Origin: Malacoraja senta
Lineage: Eukaryota
Assembly (NCBI GenBank): GCA_038087875.1
Contig: CM075988.1
Coordinates: 23,376,001 to 23,440,000, forward strand
Reading direction: 5' to 3'
Length of the DNA: 64,000 nt
The stretch's first letter is position 1; the number at the start of each line of letters is the position of its first letter. Positions 49,801-60,930 of this stretch are shown piece after piece. The notes under the pieces are model-generated. The model made no database searches. It was not told the origin of the DNA and saw only the letters and a list, made by a program, of their open reading frames with translations. Both the position numbers and the translations under genes were made by a program.

Positions 49801-51603
49801 ATTGCCCAAATCAACTTGCACAGAACAGGAATAAATAGACTAATAGAACAAATAGAAATTAAATGAAGATGAAACTGCTCTTAATCCAATTTATCACGTT
49901 TTGTCTTCAAATGTTTTACTTTCCTCTCAAACGATACTGACTTACAGTATCTTATAAACTTGGGCTATTGTACTATGATAGGTTACAGATCCACTGTAAC
50001 CATTGCCGCTCCTGTGCAATCTTAATGTAGACAATTTTTAATCCAACATAAGACACTTTCAATGTGTTTTTTTTAAATCAGTTCAAATCACAATTCAGTG
50101 CAAAAACATTAACTAATTTCCTAAGAGCAGCTACACAGCAGGTGGTACAAGTATTTATTTTTTATTGGAAACTGAATGTGCCAAAAATAAAAAACTTAGA
50201 TGCTGGAAATATGAAATAAATATAATTTAAAAAAATCCTGGAAATACTCAGCCGATCAGGCAACATGTATGGAGAAAGAAAGAAAATTCACATGGGCAAA
50301 ATATAGATTAAGTTTTGTCAAAACAAAACTCTGATAAGAGCTTCCCTACATAAAACTCTGCTCCTCTCTTCATTGATGCTGCCTTACCTGTTGAGTATTG
50401 CCAGGATATATGGTTTGCAAGTCCAATATGTCATGTTATAAGGGCATGATTAATGTACGAGAAAAACTTTAAGGGTCAAGCTGCAATTTTTCAATCCTGA
50501 CTTTCCTCATGTACTTGTCATTGAATGCACTGTGATATCTTAAGCTATAAACCAACTATTGTTGAAAGCAATGGTAAACCAGGAATGATTCAAGGGTTAG
50601 CGGTACATAAAAGAAACTGCCCTAAAATCTACCCAGTGGAGTGGTCACTTTCAATTTTTAACTTTTACATTCAAGTCACATTTTATGCACAAGTATTTCA
50701 AAAAGGGAATATACAACTCACAAGGTGCACAGGGGGCAGCCTTCTTGCCACTACTGATGTAACTAGCTGCTGCAGGACTTTGCACCATTGGCTACGACTT
50801 TCCTTTTTTGAACCTATATGATTTGGAATTCAATTATCATATTCAAGTTACTGCATAAAAACAATTTGTTAATTAAATTTTGTTTTGTGCAAACGACATG
50901 TTTGTACAAAAATAGACCCCTTTTTTTCAGAATGGCAGGCTGATACAAGTGCTAACCTAGGTCCACAACAATAATTGCACATCACAGCAGCAGCCATTTA
51001 CCAGCAACAGCAAGTAGGTGCCCATGTTAAAGCTCATTACTCTGGTACCATGGCTCTGAATCCCAACTATTATAGCACTTTAAACTTAATTTACACAAAG
51101 CGTGCACATGTAGAGAAGGGCTTGTTACAGCATAGAATATGTCTTTCAATATCATACATTCCATACTTCAAATTTGTGCTACAGTTTGTGGGAAAGTAGT
51201 GACATCCATGCATGATGTGCATTGGCTTGTAGAATTTAAAGGAATTCACATTATATTCAAATTATTTATTATAATCAGACAAGAATGAACCAATTGAAAT
51301 CATATTGTAATGGATTGCAACACTTTTTGCTAAATGATCACTGTCCTTAAGAATGTAACTTTGTCACGGTCAAGTATCTTATGATACTTTCAAATATAAA
51401 CTTTTTTTTTAAAAAGCCCACAGTTGGAATGGAAACAAGGCAGGGAGCTACCGTCCTTCAGTGTATCAGTAATTGCACAGACCTGATTATTCAAATTGAT
51501 GAGGTGGTAGGGTTACATGAGGCACGGCATCACTCAAGCCGAAGCTCTGATTAGACACAACCTGTGAGCACTGACTTGCCAGAGTCAGTGTCCTGAAGGG
51601 TGG
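40820..51603 (-). other. CBL: Putative long CBL 3'UTR
   Basis: Continuous AT-rich, comparatively repeat-poor block after the stop codon. It ends at a minus-strand ATTAAA (40841-40846) followed by a U/GU-rich element. Other AATAAA candidates occur earlier (about 43823, 48194, 50154-50166, 51265). Confidence 0.45.
45072..45311. mobile_element. Fold-back Penelope-terminal unit with 14-bp target-site duplication, inside the putative CBL 3'UTR
   Basis: Inverted arms; acttacggttacat at 45058-45071 and 45312-45325. Confidence 0.85.
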
Positions 51604-51875
51604 TTACGTCGCGATATGTGCAGGGGAAGGAACAGACACAAACTCACGAAGAATATTTTTTGCCATTTCCACGTTATTTTGTGCAATAAGCAATGCCTTT
51701 TGTATATCCTGATACGAGTAGCCCTGGCTCAAGAGGCTGTTGATCTCAGCTGACAGAGTCTGTTGCTCTTGCGGCAGCAACATGTTACAGCTGTTTGATC
51801 GATTAGGACTGAATTTGCGCTCAGAGTTGATTCTGCGAGGTAAAGGTTTGGGGGGTCTTTCAGGCGCAGATGAAT
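51604..51875 (-). CDS. CBL: c-CBL last coding exon: PxxxPR motif and UBA domain, stop TAA
   Basis: Acceptor atttccacag. Reads (D)[20 protein letters not shown]...[50 protein letters not shown], which is c-Cbl-like rather than Cbl-b-like. Missed by the ORF track. Confidence 0.97.
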
Positions 51876-52731
51876 CTGTGGAAATTTAAATAATAGAAGT
51901 TAAGAGACACAATAATCTGAGATTTTCATATGTAAAAATTCTCAAATGTTATGCTTTCCTGAAGACACCAATTCATACAGGTCTAAAGGCAGTAACTATC
52001 ATATCAGATAGGAATCAAAATTCTGTGTGGTTAATGTGCATTCCCCTCCCCCCCCACCCCACCCCCAGATATTCAATTTAGATATTTATCCTTGATTTAT
52101 AAAAGTAATCTTATTTTTCGAGAGGCGACTACTGTTATAAACAATGCTATAACATGCTGCAGAGGGTATTTCTTATCTATTAACCAAACTTGGGAGACTA
52201 CTCATTCAATACAGACTAATGATTGCAGAACACTTATCCCTTCCACTTTCCCAGTTTGACATTAGCTAACTCAGCATATACTGGGGAATGAATGTGCAAC
52301 TTTCCAGGTCAATGACTCCCGTTAGTTCTTTTACTACTAAGATCATAAGCAAGTATTTAAGACTTGCTTCCTTAAAAGGAAACCAAAGCAAAGTTTGAAG
52401 GAAGTAGAATTAACTCCAAGATTCTCAGTATTTGTAATTTTATATGAACACGTTTAGCATTATGAAAAGACTATGGATTCCTTATTGCTACACCCATTAC
52501 AAAATTAAATCTAACTAATTCCTAAATTTAAATAAATTTAAGAAAAGGTGAATTCAATTCAAATAAAAACCATCTCTCCCTTCAACAGTTATCTAAAAAG
52601 ACCATCTATTCAAAACTTGCACACTACTCTTGGCACTTTGGCTTATCTAGCACTTGTACAAGAGACTCGTATAAAAGAAACATTGACTATTTTCTAACCT
52701 CCAACTTCATGCCTTGTCATTACATTACAAA

Positions 52732-53128
52732 AAAGACTACAAAAAGTTGTGAACACTGCCCAGTCCATCACCGGCTTTGACCTCCCCACCGTCGAAGGGA
52801 TCACTCAAAAAGGCAGCCAAAATCATCAAAGACCCACACCATCCTGGCCACACACTCATTTCACCATTGCCATCAGGAAGAAGATACAGGAGCCTGAAAA
52901 CGTTAACGTCCAGGTTCAGGAGCAGCTTCTTTCCTACAACCATCAGGCTATTAAACACAGCACCAATTAAGGTCTGAACTGCAAAAGACTACATTATTAT
53001 TGCACTATATTTGTTATTTATTGAACTTTTTCTTTTTTTTTTCTTCCCCCATTACGTACTATGTTTACATATTCACATATTCTGGTGTGCTGCATCCGGG
53101 ACATATGACAATAAAACACTCTTGACTC
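52732..53128 (+). mobile_element. Rex1/Babar-type LINE 3' fragment
   Basis: KKAAKIIKDPHHPGHTLISPLPSGRRYRSLKTLTSRFRSSFFPTTIRLLN. Confidence 0.85.
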
Positions 53129-53519
53129 TAACCTTGATATTATGACAATACCTCTTGTGGCATTAATACTTTTTTTTCTTTCTTGCTTCACTTAAGTTGC
53201 CATAATATTGTTATTTCATTATTTTTAATCCATTATGTTATTTCTCACACTGCTCTACCACCCTATTTCCTCAATGTGTCAAAATCAAAACATTTTAGTT
53301 TCCAATTCTAATTCAAGCATTCACAAAACAAATAGTACCATCTCCCTTTCATGCTACAATCTACAGATTTTTTATAATATCTCAGTGTCATTGATTATTC
53401 AGCCTTCAAAACGTAGTCATCCCGTGCTGCGTATGCATGGCGATTCATCTGAGCTTATCAACTAAAAAACAAACGATGAAACAAAAGCCAAAGCATGGCA
53501 ACAAACTCAAAATTAAATG

Positions 53520-54190
53520 GGATATGATGGAAAAAGTATGGGGACAAGTGTTAAATCTTCTGTGGTTGCAGGGAAAATTACCCATGGAGGGGGTGGTTTG
53601 GGTGGGAAGGGATGAGTGAGCTAAGGTTTTGCGGAGGGAGCGGTTTCAGCAGAAGGTGGGAAGGGATAGGGATGGGAAGATGTGACTGGTTGTGGGATCA
53701 TGTTGGAGATGGTGGAAATGTTGGAGGATAATGTGTTGAATGCAGAGACTGGTGAGGTGAAAGGTGAAGACAAGGGGAACTTTATCCTTGTTCTGTCTGG
53801 GGGGAGTGGGAGCGAGAGCAGAACTATGGGATACAGAGGAGGCGTGGATAATGGATCCATCTATGACCGCAGTGAGGAAGCCATTTTCACTTAAAAAAAG
53901 ACATCTCGGATATCCTAGAATGGAAAGTCTCATCATGGGAACAGATTTGGCAGACGCGGAGAAATTGTGAGAAGGGGGATAGCATCTTTGCAGGAGGCAG
54001 GGCGGAAGGAGGTGCAGTCCAGATAACTGTGGGAATGGGAGTAGCTTGCAGTAGACGATGGTCTGTGTCCCGTGATGCAGACAGAGAGATCAAGAACGGG
54101 GAGAGAGAAGTCAGAGATAGTCTAAGTGAATTTGAGGGCAGGGTGGAAGCTAGTGGTAAAGTTAGTGAAATGGGTGAGGAGGCAGCCCCA
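53520..54190 (-). mobile_element. Decayed Penelope-like fragment (RT thumb and linker region)
   Basis: Minus strand reads PFSQFLRVCQICSHDETFHSRISEMSFF and VPLVFTFH...IILQHFHHLQHDPTTSHIF. Confidence 0.75.
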
Positions 54191-54521
54191 ATGCAGTCGT
54201 AATGTAACAGAAAAATACTTGGACATTAGTATGCTGTTTGGGAATCTAGGGATCCCGACTAACTGGAAATCTACCAGAATTAATCACATTAATGCTGCGC
54301 TGATTGGAGCAGGATTTTATGTGGTAACTGCCTCAATTCCTATGACTATAAAGCCTTCCTCCACATACTGAATTTCTTATTGTATGTGCAGTTACAACAC
54401 TCAAGAAGCTTTATACTCTCTGGATAAAATGCCCAAACTCAATTTTAAGGGTAACTGCATGAACCACAATTGACAGCATTATTAGTGACATTGACTTTCA
54501 AAACTAATTTGATCGTCTCAC

Positions 54522-54719
54522 CTCCTGCATGTGCATTGGGGCCAGGTAGATTCTGTTCAGCAGGTGCACTGGCAAATGCTGAAGTGGTATAAGATATGTC
54601 GGAGAGAGTGCGGCGAGCTGGAGGAAGTGGTACAGGTGGTTTGGGGAAATCATATGCATCTTCCTCACCTTCACTCTCATCTCGTTCAGCCCCATCAGTG
54701 ATGGCAGAATCACCATTGT
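54522..54719 (-). CDS. CBL: c-CBL exon (exon 15 equivalent) with the Y774-type YDxP site
   Basis: Acceptor gcatttttgtag, donor g|gtgaga. Reads (D)[65 protein letters not shown]. Confidence 0.93.
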
Positions 54720-55256
54720 CTACAAAAATGCAACAACTCAATGAATGACATAAAATAATTTTGAGAATGATAAAAGTAGCTGTGTTGAAGCAAAATTATA
54801 AAATGAGAGATGCTGCCATATCTGAAATGAAAACAGTAAATACTGGAAATTCTCAGCAGGTCAGAACACCTTTCTGGAAACATAACATTTCAGGTTGTAA
54901 ATTCTTCATTAGAACTGGGAAAGAAAACAAGTTAGTTTTAAACTTCAGAGAAGGTGGTGAGTGGTTTAACAGAGCAAAGGGATTATGTATGATAAGAAAT
55001 ACCTCAGTTCATGAGTTGTAGAAGTCATCTGGTTGATGGGTTAGTGGGGGCAATTAGAGGTGAAAAATGAAACAAGCGCAATATGTTGAAGCAGTTAGAA
55101 AGAGAGCAAGGCAATGGAATATGGAGAGGTTTAAAATGTAGGGCTGGATGACTTCCCCAATAGTCTGTGTTAGTGGAAAGAAAAAAAAATCACAGATGCC
55201 TGCTAACCTGCTGAGCAATTCTAGTATTTCTATTTTTATAGGTAGAAGGACCTTAC

Positions 55257-55351
55257 CTGACACAACGTGTGGCAAATCTACATTTGCGGCCAGAGATGAT
55301 GAAAACATCGACTCGCACATCAGTCTCAATGGATCAGATTCAGTCAAAGTT
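55257..55351 (-). CDS. CBL: c-CBL exon (exon 14 equivalent)
   Basis: Acceptor tcttcctatgttttaattag, donor g|gtaagg; 95 nt. Phase 2 to 1 exactly bridges its neighbours. Reads (E)TLTESDPLRLMCESMFSSSLAANVDLPHVVS. Confidence 0.82.
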
Positions 55352-55712
55352 CTAATTAAAACATAGGAAGACATATTAATAGCAATAAGTAAAATGATTT
55401 GGTTTCTCTGCTAATGTTTTTCCAGTTAGTTCACCAAGCCCCCAGTTGAGAAGCTCAATACAAAAACATTTCAGTAAGTGGGGACAGAGAAACTTCAGGA
55501 GGCACCCATGTATTTACATTCAGTATCGTCCTATAGAATTCTACTTAACCACACCTCTTGTGACCAATTACAAATACATTCTAACAGAAGATTGTCTTGT
55601 GTTACCTACTGTGTCAAACTTGTGTCAGTTTGAAACCGGCTCACATTAGTATCATACATCTAACAAGTCTAGGTATTTAAATTAAAATATACTTGAAGCA
55701 TAATATTCTTAC

Positions 55713-55874
55713 TCTGCGAGGTGGCTGCTCTGTGTTTGCAGCGGAAGTCTGGAATCTAAGGAGGAGGTGGCGCAGAGAGGCACATGCACAGGCAATGAAG
55801 ATGGGGTCATGTAATCAATATCCTCATCACTGCTCTCTGAAGGCTCCTCTGATGTGAAGGGCTTTGGCAGGGGT
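55713..55874 (-). CDS. CBL: c-CBL exon (exon 13 equivalent) with the Y700-type YMTP site
   Basis: Acceptor poly-T-gcag, donor ga|gtaaga. Reads (R)PLPKPFTSEEPSESSDEDIDYMTPSSLPVHVPLCATSSLDSRLPLQTQSSHLA. Phase 2 to 2. Confidence 0.92.
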
Positions 55875-56301
55875 CTGCAAAAAAAAAAAGAGCTTATCCT
55901 TATCAATTCTACATTCTACCATTAAATCATGACAGCAGTTTACTGCTACTTATTAAACATTTTCAGAAGTGCGTGTTAAAATATACAAATGCAGTAAACA
56001 CAACATAATAGATAATGTATTAAATATAGAAAATTACACAGATTCATCTGTACTGATATATCAATCAAGCCAGTGTCTATTAATATGTCGGGAACAAGTT
56101 TAAAGTGTTTATTTCTTTGCAAGACATGCAAAGTAACATTAACATCTGCAGAAAAATAATACAGGCTACATAAGAGAAGTAATATCATTATGCAAAAGGT
56201 CATCGATGCATCAAAACAAGTTTTCACTTCCCTATAAACAATTTATACAAGTAGTGCAAACTATAAAGAAACATACAGCATTAATCTAAGGCTGTAATTA
56301 C

Positions 56302-56395
56302 CGTGTAGCAAGAGAGTAAATAGCATTCGCTGATGCAGAGGGTTTCACTTTGGAGTTGTCGTGCTCTGAACCATCACTCATGGCCCCACCAAAAA
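56302..56395 (-). CDS. CBL: c-CBL exon (exon 12 equivalent); 94 nt, one base short of phase compatibility
   Basis: Reads FGGAMSDGSEHDNSKVKPSASANAIYSLAT(R), matching c-Cbl KIKPSSSANAIYSLAAR. Donor cg|gtaatt. 5' boundary uncertain (see findings). Confidence 0.85.
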
Positions 56396-57464
56396 CTGCA
56401 GTAATTACAAGATAACTGTGTTTGTGTGTATAGAAGGCAGGTTGGAAATATTGGACTGTTTTTAGTACAAAAATTTAAATGATGAGATAACTTGGCCACT
56501 TCCATTTAAAATTGAACACGGGATTGTGGCTTGTGCTTTATTGGTGATGAATTACCATTAAAGTAACTTGCGAACCTGTGCATTTACGTTAATCTCATTT
56601 CTGCTCTTGCAGGTATTAGCTGAAGATAATTATGGCAAAGTCAAATGCAGCTTATCCATCCAAGTTTAAGATACCTACTGCAGAATCCAATTGTTTTTCA
56701 CAGATTCCTGTGCTTAATTAGAGGATCTCATGCTAAATGCTACATATTTCAGAAAGACCTTTCTTGAATCACACCTTTCCCAGCATCATCTTGTAAAGTA
56801 TTTAATTAAAATCTGTTACTATTAATATTGACCCCTTTCTCACCATACCACATCAACTTCAGAGGGAGAGCTAGTCAGTTTCTGACTAGAAATTAGAACA
56901 TTCAGTTTCTGTACTCATGGGTCTGGAAGATCACTCCACACAGATCTTATTTTTTTTTTATTAGTCTGAATCTACATTCAGACTAATGTATGACTCAACT
57001 TACACTTGACAATTTTCTAGATCATCTTTTTCACAGATTACTATGTTGCATTTCTATAAGATTACTTCAAAAATACATCCTGCAAAACTCAATCTTTCCT
57101 TAGAACTTAATCCTGGTGCCAGAGAGTGTGGTTCTATGTATCAACTTCAGCACTGAAATGTCTCCCTTGTGTTTTGGTAAGCATAACAGGAAAGAGTGCT
57201 TAAAATGCATTGTGACAAGATCATGATTCTCTCTTTTAAGCTGCCCTAATTCTTGTTGAATACAGTTCTCTATCAGATAAACATAATGAACACCTGGCCC
57301 ATGGTTTTGTCTAGCTCTCCTAACATCATACCTGGCTATTGGAATAATTTGTATAGCTATATGCAACACTTTTCCACATAGCTGTGATAAATATTTATCT
57401 CCCATTGCTATGCCAATTTCCACATTTTGTTTAATAAAACTTTACATTTTGAGAAACTGCCTTC

Positions 57465-58120
57465 AACTTTCCTCGGAACCATCATCTCCAAGGCCCTGAA
57501 ATGGGGGGGCTACCATCAACTCCACAGTCAAAAAGGCCCAGAGGATGTACTTCCTGCGGCAGCTGAGGAAACACAATTTGCCGCAGGCAACGATGGTCCA
57601 ATTCTATACTGCCATCGTAGCGTCTCTCCTCACCTTCTCCATCATGGTCTGGTTTGCTCAGCCACCAAACACGACATCCGGAGGCTGCAGTGAATCGTCC
57701 GATCAGCTGAGAAGGTTGTTGGCTGCAACCTTCCCCCATTGACGAACTGTATACTGCAAGGGCCAGGAAGGGAGCGGGTAAGGTCATCTCTGACCCCTCT
57801 CACCCTGGCCACAAATTCATTGAAGCACTTCCCTCTGGGAGGCGACTCCGCACTGTCAAAGCTGCTACAGCCAGACAAAAACTGTTTTCTTTCCCCAAGT
57901 AGCTCTATTCAATAACCAAAAGTCTGTAGCCTCCTTTTGCTCTGGTATTTTATTTCATTCACATGTTTAAACTATAATGCTTTATTATTAATGTTTAATG
58001 TTTTATGTGTCATTCTTAATTGTTACTGTATGTCGTATTTTTATTTGCAGGCAGAGCACCAAGGCAAATTCCTTGTATGTGTACATACTTGGCCAATAAA
58101 CTTATTCATTCATTCATTCA
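57465..58120 (+). mobile_element. Rex1/Babar-type LINE 3' fragment
   Basis: QRMYFLRQLRKHNLPQATMVQFYTAIVASLLTFSIMVWF; tail aataaacttattcattcattcatt. Confidence 0.82.
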
Positions 58121-58634
58121 TTAAACTTCATGGCACATCTCAAGTTAACGTTTCATTAAATTTCGGGTTTTAGCTCCACATCCTAATTTAAACTGTAGCA
58201 GTAAAGAATCTTGCAAATACCTTGGCAAAATGTTTATCCAAATCAAAACCCTGTGCACACTACAAGAAATGAAAACCTGTATCAAAGATTCTGGGTGTGC
58301 TGTTATTTCCAGATTAAAGAACAGTTTTTTCTCAGCTGTTATCAGGCAACTGAATGGTCCTCTCAGCAGCTGAGAGTGATTGGAGACCGTTAAACTATCT
58401 TTCATCAGATTTTATCTTGCTCTAAATTTTATCTGTGCACTATGACTAACTTGATTGTAACCATGTATAGTCTTTTTGACTGGATAGCCGCAAACAAAAA
58501 CTTTTCACTGTTCCTTGGTACACAGGACAATAATACACTAAATTAAGAAGTTGTCTTGCAGAGATCCCACTACCTGGTGATGAAATACCCAACCTAAAAA
58601 AAATAAAATCCAATGACACTGGTGTATTTCTTAC

Positions 58635-59006
58635 CACGACATTGTCAAGCCCGAGCGAGCTACTGTGCCTAACTGCGTCCGTCCTGGTATCTATCAGAGA
58701 CGTCAATGGTAGGGGCAAAGAGTGTCTGTTGGACAACTCTCTGCCTGTCCACCTATCTCCAAGGTTAAGTGTCTGTGCAGTTGCCTGAGGTCGTGAATGC
58801 CAAGGTTCTCCAGGTCGGTTAGGTGGTGCAAGAGGTGGCTTATCTCTTGCTGGGAGGTCATTTGGTGTGCTTGGTAAGGGACGCCTCTGCAAACGAGATT
58901 CTGAGTTTGCAGATGGATGTCGCTCAGGTGGCGGAGGTGGTAGATCTCGATGAAATGGAGGAACAGGTAAAGGTTTGTCCTGCTTATGCAAGCCACTCGA
59001 CGAAGC
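58635..59006 (-). CDS. CBL: c-CBL exon (exon 11 equivalent), proline-rich SH3-binding region
   Basis: Acceptor ttttcttttcccatatag, donor gtg|gtaaga. Reads ASSSGLHKQDKPLPVPPFHRDLPPPPPERHP...LQRRPLPSTP...RELSNRHSLP...LGLDNVV. Confidence 0.93.
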
Positions 59007-59897
59007 CTATATGGGAAAAGAAAACACAAATAAAACCCTTTGAGTAATTGAACATGTGTTTTATTTACAAGCGCTTAAATATGGCCCAATTTACAGTGCC
59101 CTCTATAATATTTGGGACAAAGACCCATCATTTATTTATTTGCCTCTGTACTCCACAATTTGAGATTTGTAATAGAAAAAAATATCACATGTGGTTGAAG
59201 TGCACATTGTCAGATTTTCATAAAGGCCATTTTTATACATTTTGGTTTCACCATGTAGAAATTACAGCAGTGTTTATACATAGTCCCCCCCCCCCCCCCC
59301 CCCAATAGATAGGAAAAGGAACGTTGAGCTTCGTAACTGAAAAAATACCATCAAGAATGATAAACTGTATTAGTGATGCAAGAGCTAACATCTGAATAAA
59401 GATTTATTGCAGATTGACGAGTCGCCCCAGATACTTCAGCCTCATGTACAGCTGCTAAATTAACAAGAGAAATGGCAATGTTTATACAAGATGTGCAGCA
59501 GCTTCAATTTCCTTCTAATTTTCCCTCTATTCTCCACAGACATTTAACACATGACATAGTGAGTGGCAACGGTCACACATTTTCAAATTGTAATTTAAGG
59601 CAGATGTGTCAGTTTTGTATTTTTCATCACCACAAACCAAACGTCCATCGGCCGTTAGAGGTATAGCTTTGCCATATACATCCTCACCACAACTTCCTCA
59701 ATCCAGGTTGATGAAAGCTGGCCTCTTGACACCGTTACTTAATTTAAAGTGAAACAATGACTGTCATTATCATGCAACTTCATGATAACATTGTGCTATG
59801 ATTCTGGAATGGATTAATACAACTTTCTTCACACTTCAAATAGCCAGTATTCGGTTGTCTGCAAAAATGCTGTTATTCCAATGAAATAGCTCCTTAC

Positions 59898-60029
59898 CTT
59901 AGGTGAAACACAAGGACTAGAAGCACTGGAAACAGTGGGTGATCGATGCTGTAGCAGGTCTAAACGAGGAGGAACGGGTGGAAGTGCAGAATTAGGAGCT
60001 GGAGCAATGGGAGATGAAGGCCTTTCGAT
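59898..60029 (-). CDS. CBL: c-CBL exon (human exon 10 equivalent), start of proline-rich region
   Basis: Minus-strand cag acceptor and aag|gtaagg donor; 132 nt. Reads IERPSSPIAPAPNSALPPVPPRLDLLQHRSPTVSSASSPCVSPK, containing the Cbl LPPVPPRLDLL motif. Confidence 0.95.
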
Positions 60030-60639
60030 CTGTATGGGACACAAATTGTAATGAACAATTACAAGAAAGATTTCGCAATATCTCTACTGCAAAATGCATT
60101 TAATTTAAAATGGCAGTCTTGGTGAATGCTCCACGAGAAATATTTTTTCCCCGTACAAAAAATTATTAAAAAAAATAATTGACCAAGGAAAGCGATTCAA
60201 ATTCCTTGTATCTAATAGCTAAATGTCCCATCTGGAAGAAAATATATCTGCTGATGCTGGCAGACTCAAGGCTGACAATTGGAAGATGGCAGTAGTTTCT
60301 CTCCATCAACGGTTACACTGAAAGACTAGATTTTGAAAGCTGGCACCCAGCGAGTACTTAAAAGGGGGACACATGACAATTCATACTCCAATATAGGGCA
60401 AAGACAAAGCAAAGAACAGATAACCCATTACAACAAGAAATTCAAAGCAAAACAACAGATATTTTTGTTCGTAATGCCAAACAGTTGGGAAAATAAACTA
60501 TGAATACTTGAAGCCGATAACAGTATCTGTTTCACGACATTAGCAGCTAGAAATTCCTTTACGAAGGAGTGCAAACTCCTTGTACAGCCAGAATTCTAGT
60601 ATCTTGTTGTTGAGAAGAAATAGCTTTTGCACTGTTTAA

Positions 60640-60930
60640 TTTGGTTGAGAGATCCAGCACGAAAACAGACCCTTCGACCCACTGAGACAACACCGACCAA
60701 TGATCCCCACCACATTAGCACTACCCTACACACACTAGGGACAATTTAACATTTACATCAAGCCAATTAACCTACAAACCTGTACATCTTGGAGTATCTC
60801 GGAGCAAACCCACGCAGGTCAATGGGGCGAACGTACAAATTCTGTACAGACAGCACCCGTGATCAGGATCGAACTCGGATCTCTGGCGCTGTAAGGCAGC
60901 AACTCTACCCGTTAAGCTACTGTGCCGCCC
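60640..60930 (-). mobile_element. V-domain SINE (HE1-like)
   Basis: Reverse-complement copy with an internal deletion. Confidence 0.8.

Noticed and set aside
57100..57423. 107-aa minus-strand ORF within a CBL intron
   Set aside because: No Cbl-like motifs and no splice-site pair giving the required phase 0-to-1 exon.
58574..58593. Apparent 20-nt CBL micro-exon (ttttttttag|...cag|gtagtg)
   Set aside because: It would need a 41-nt upstream intron, shorter than normal vertebrate spliceosomal introns.
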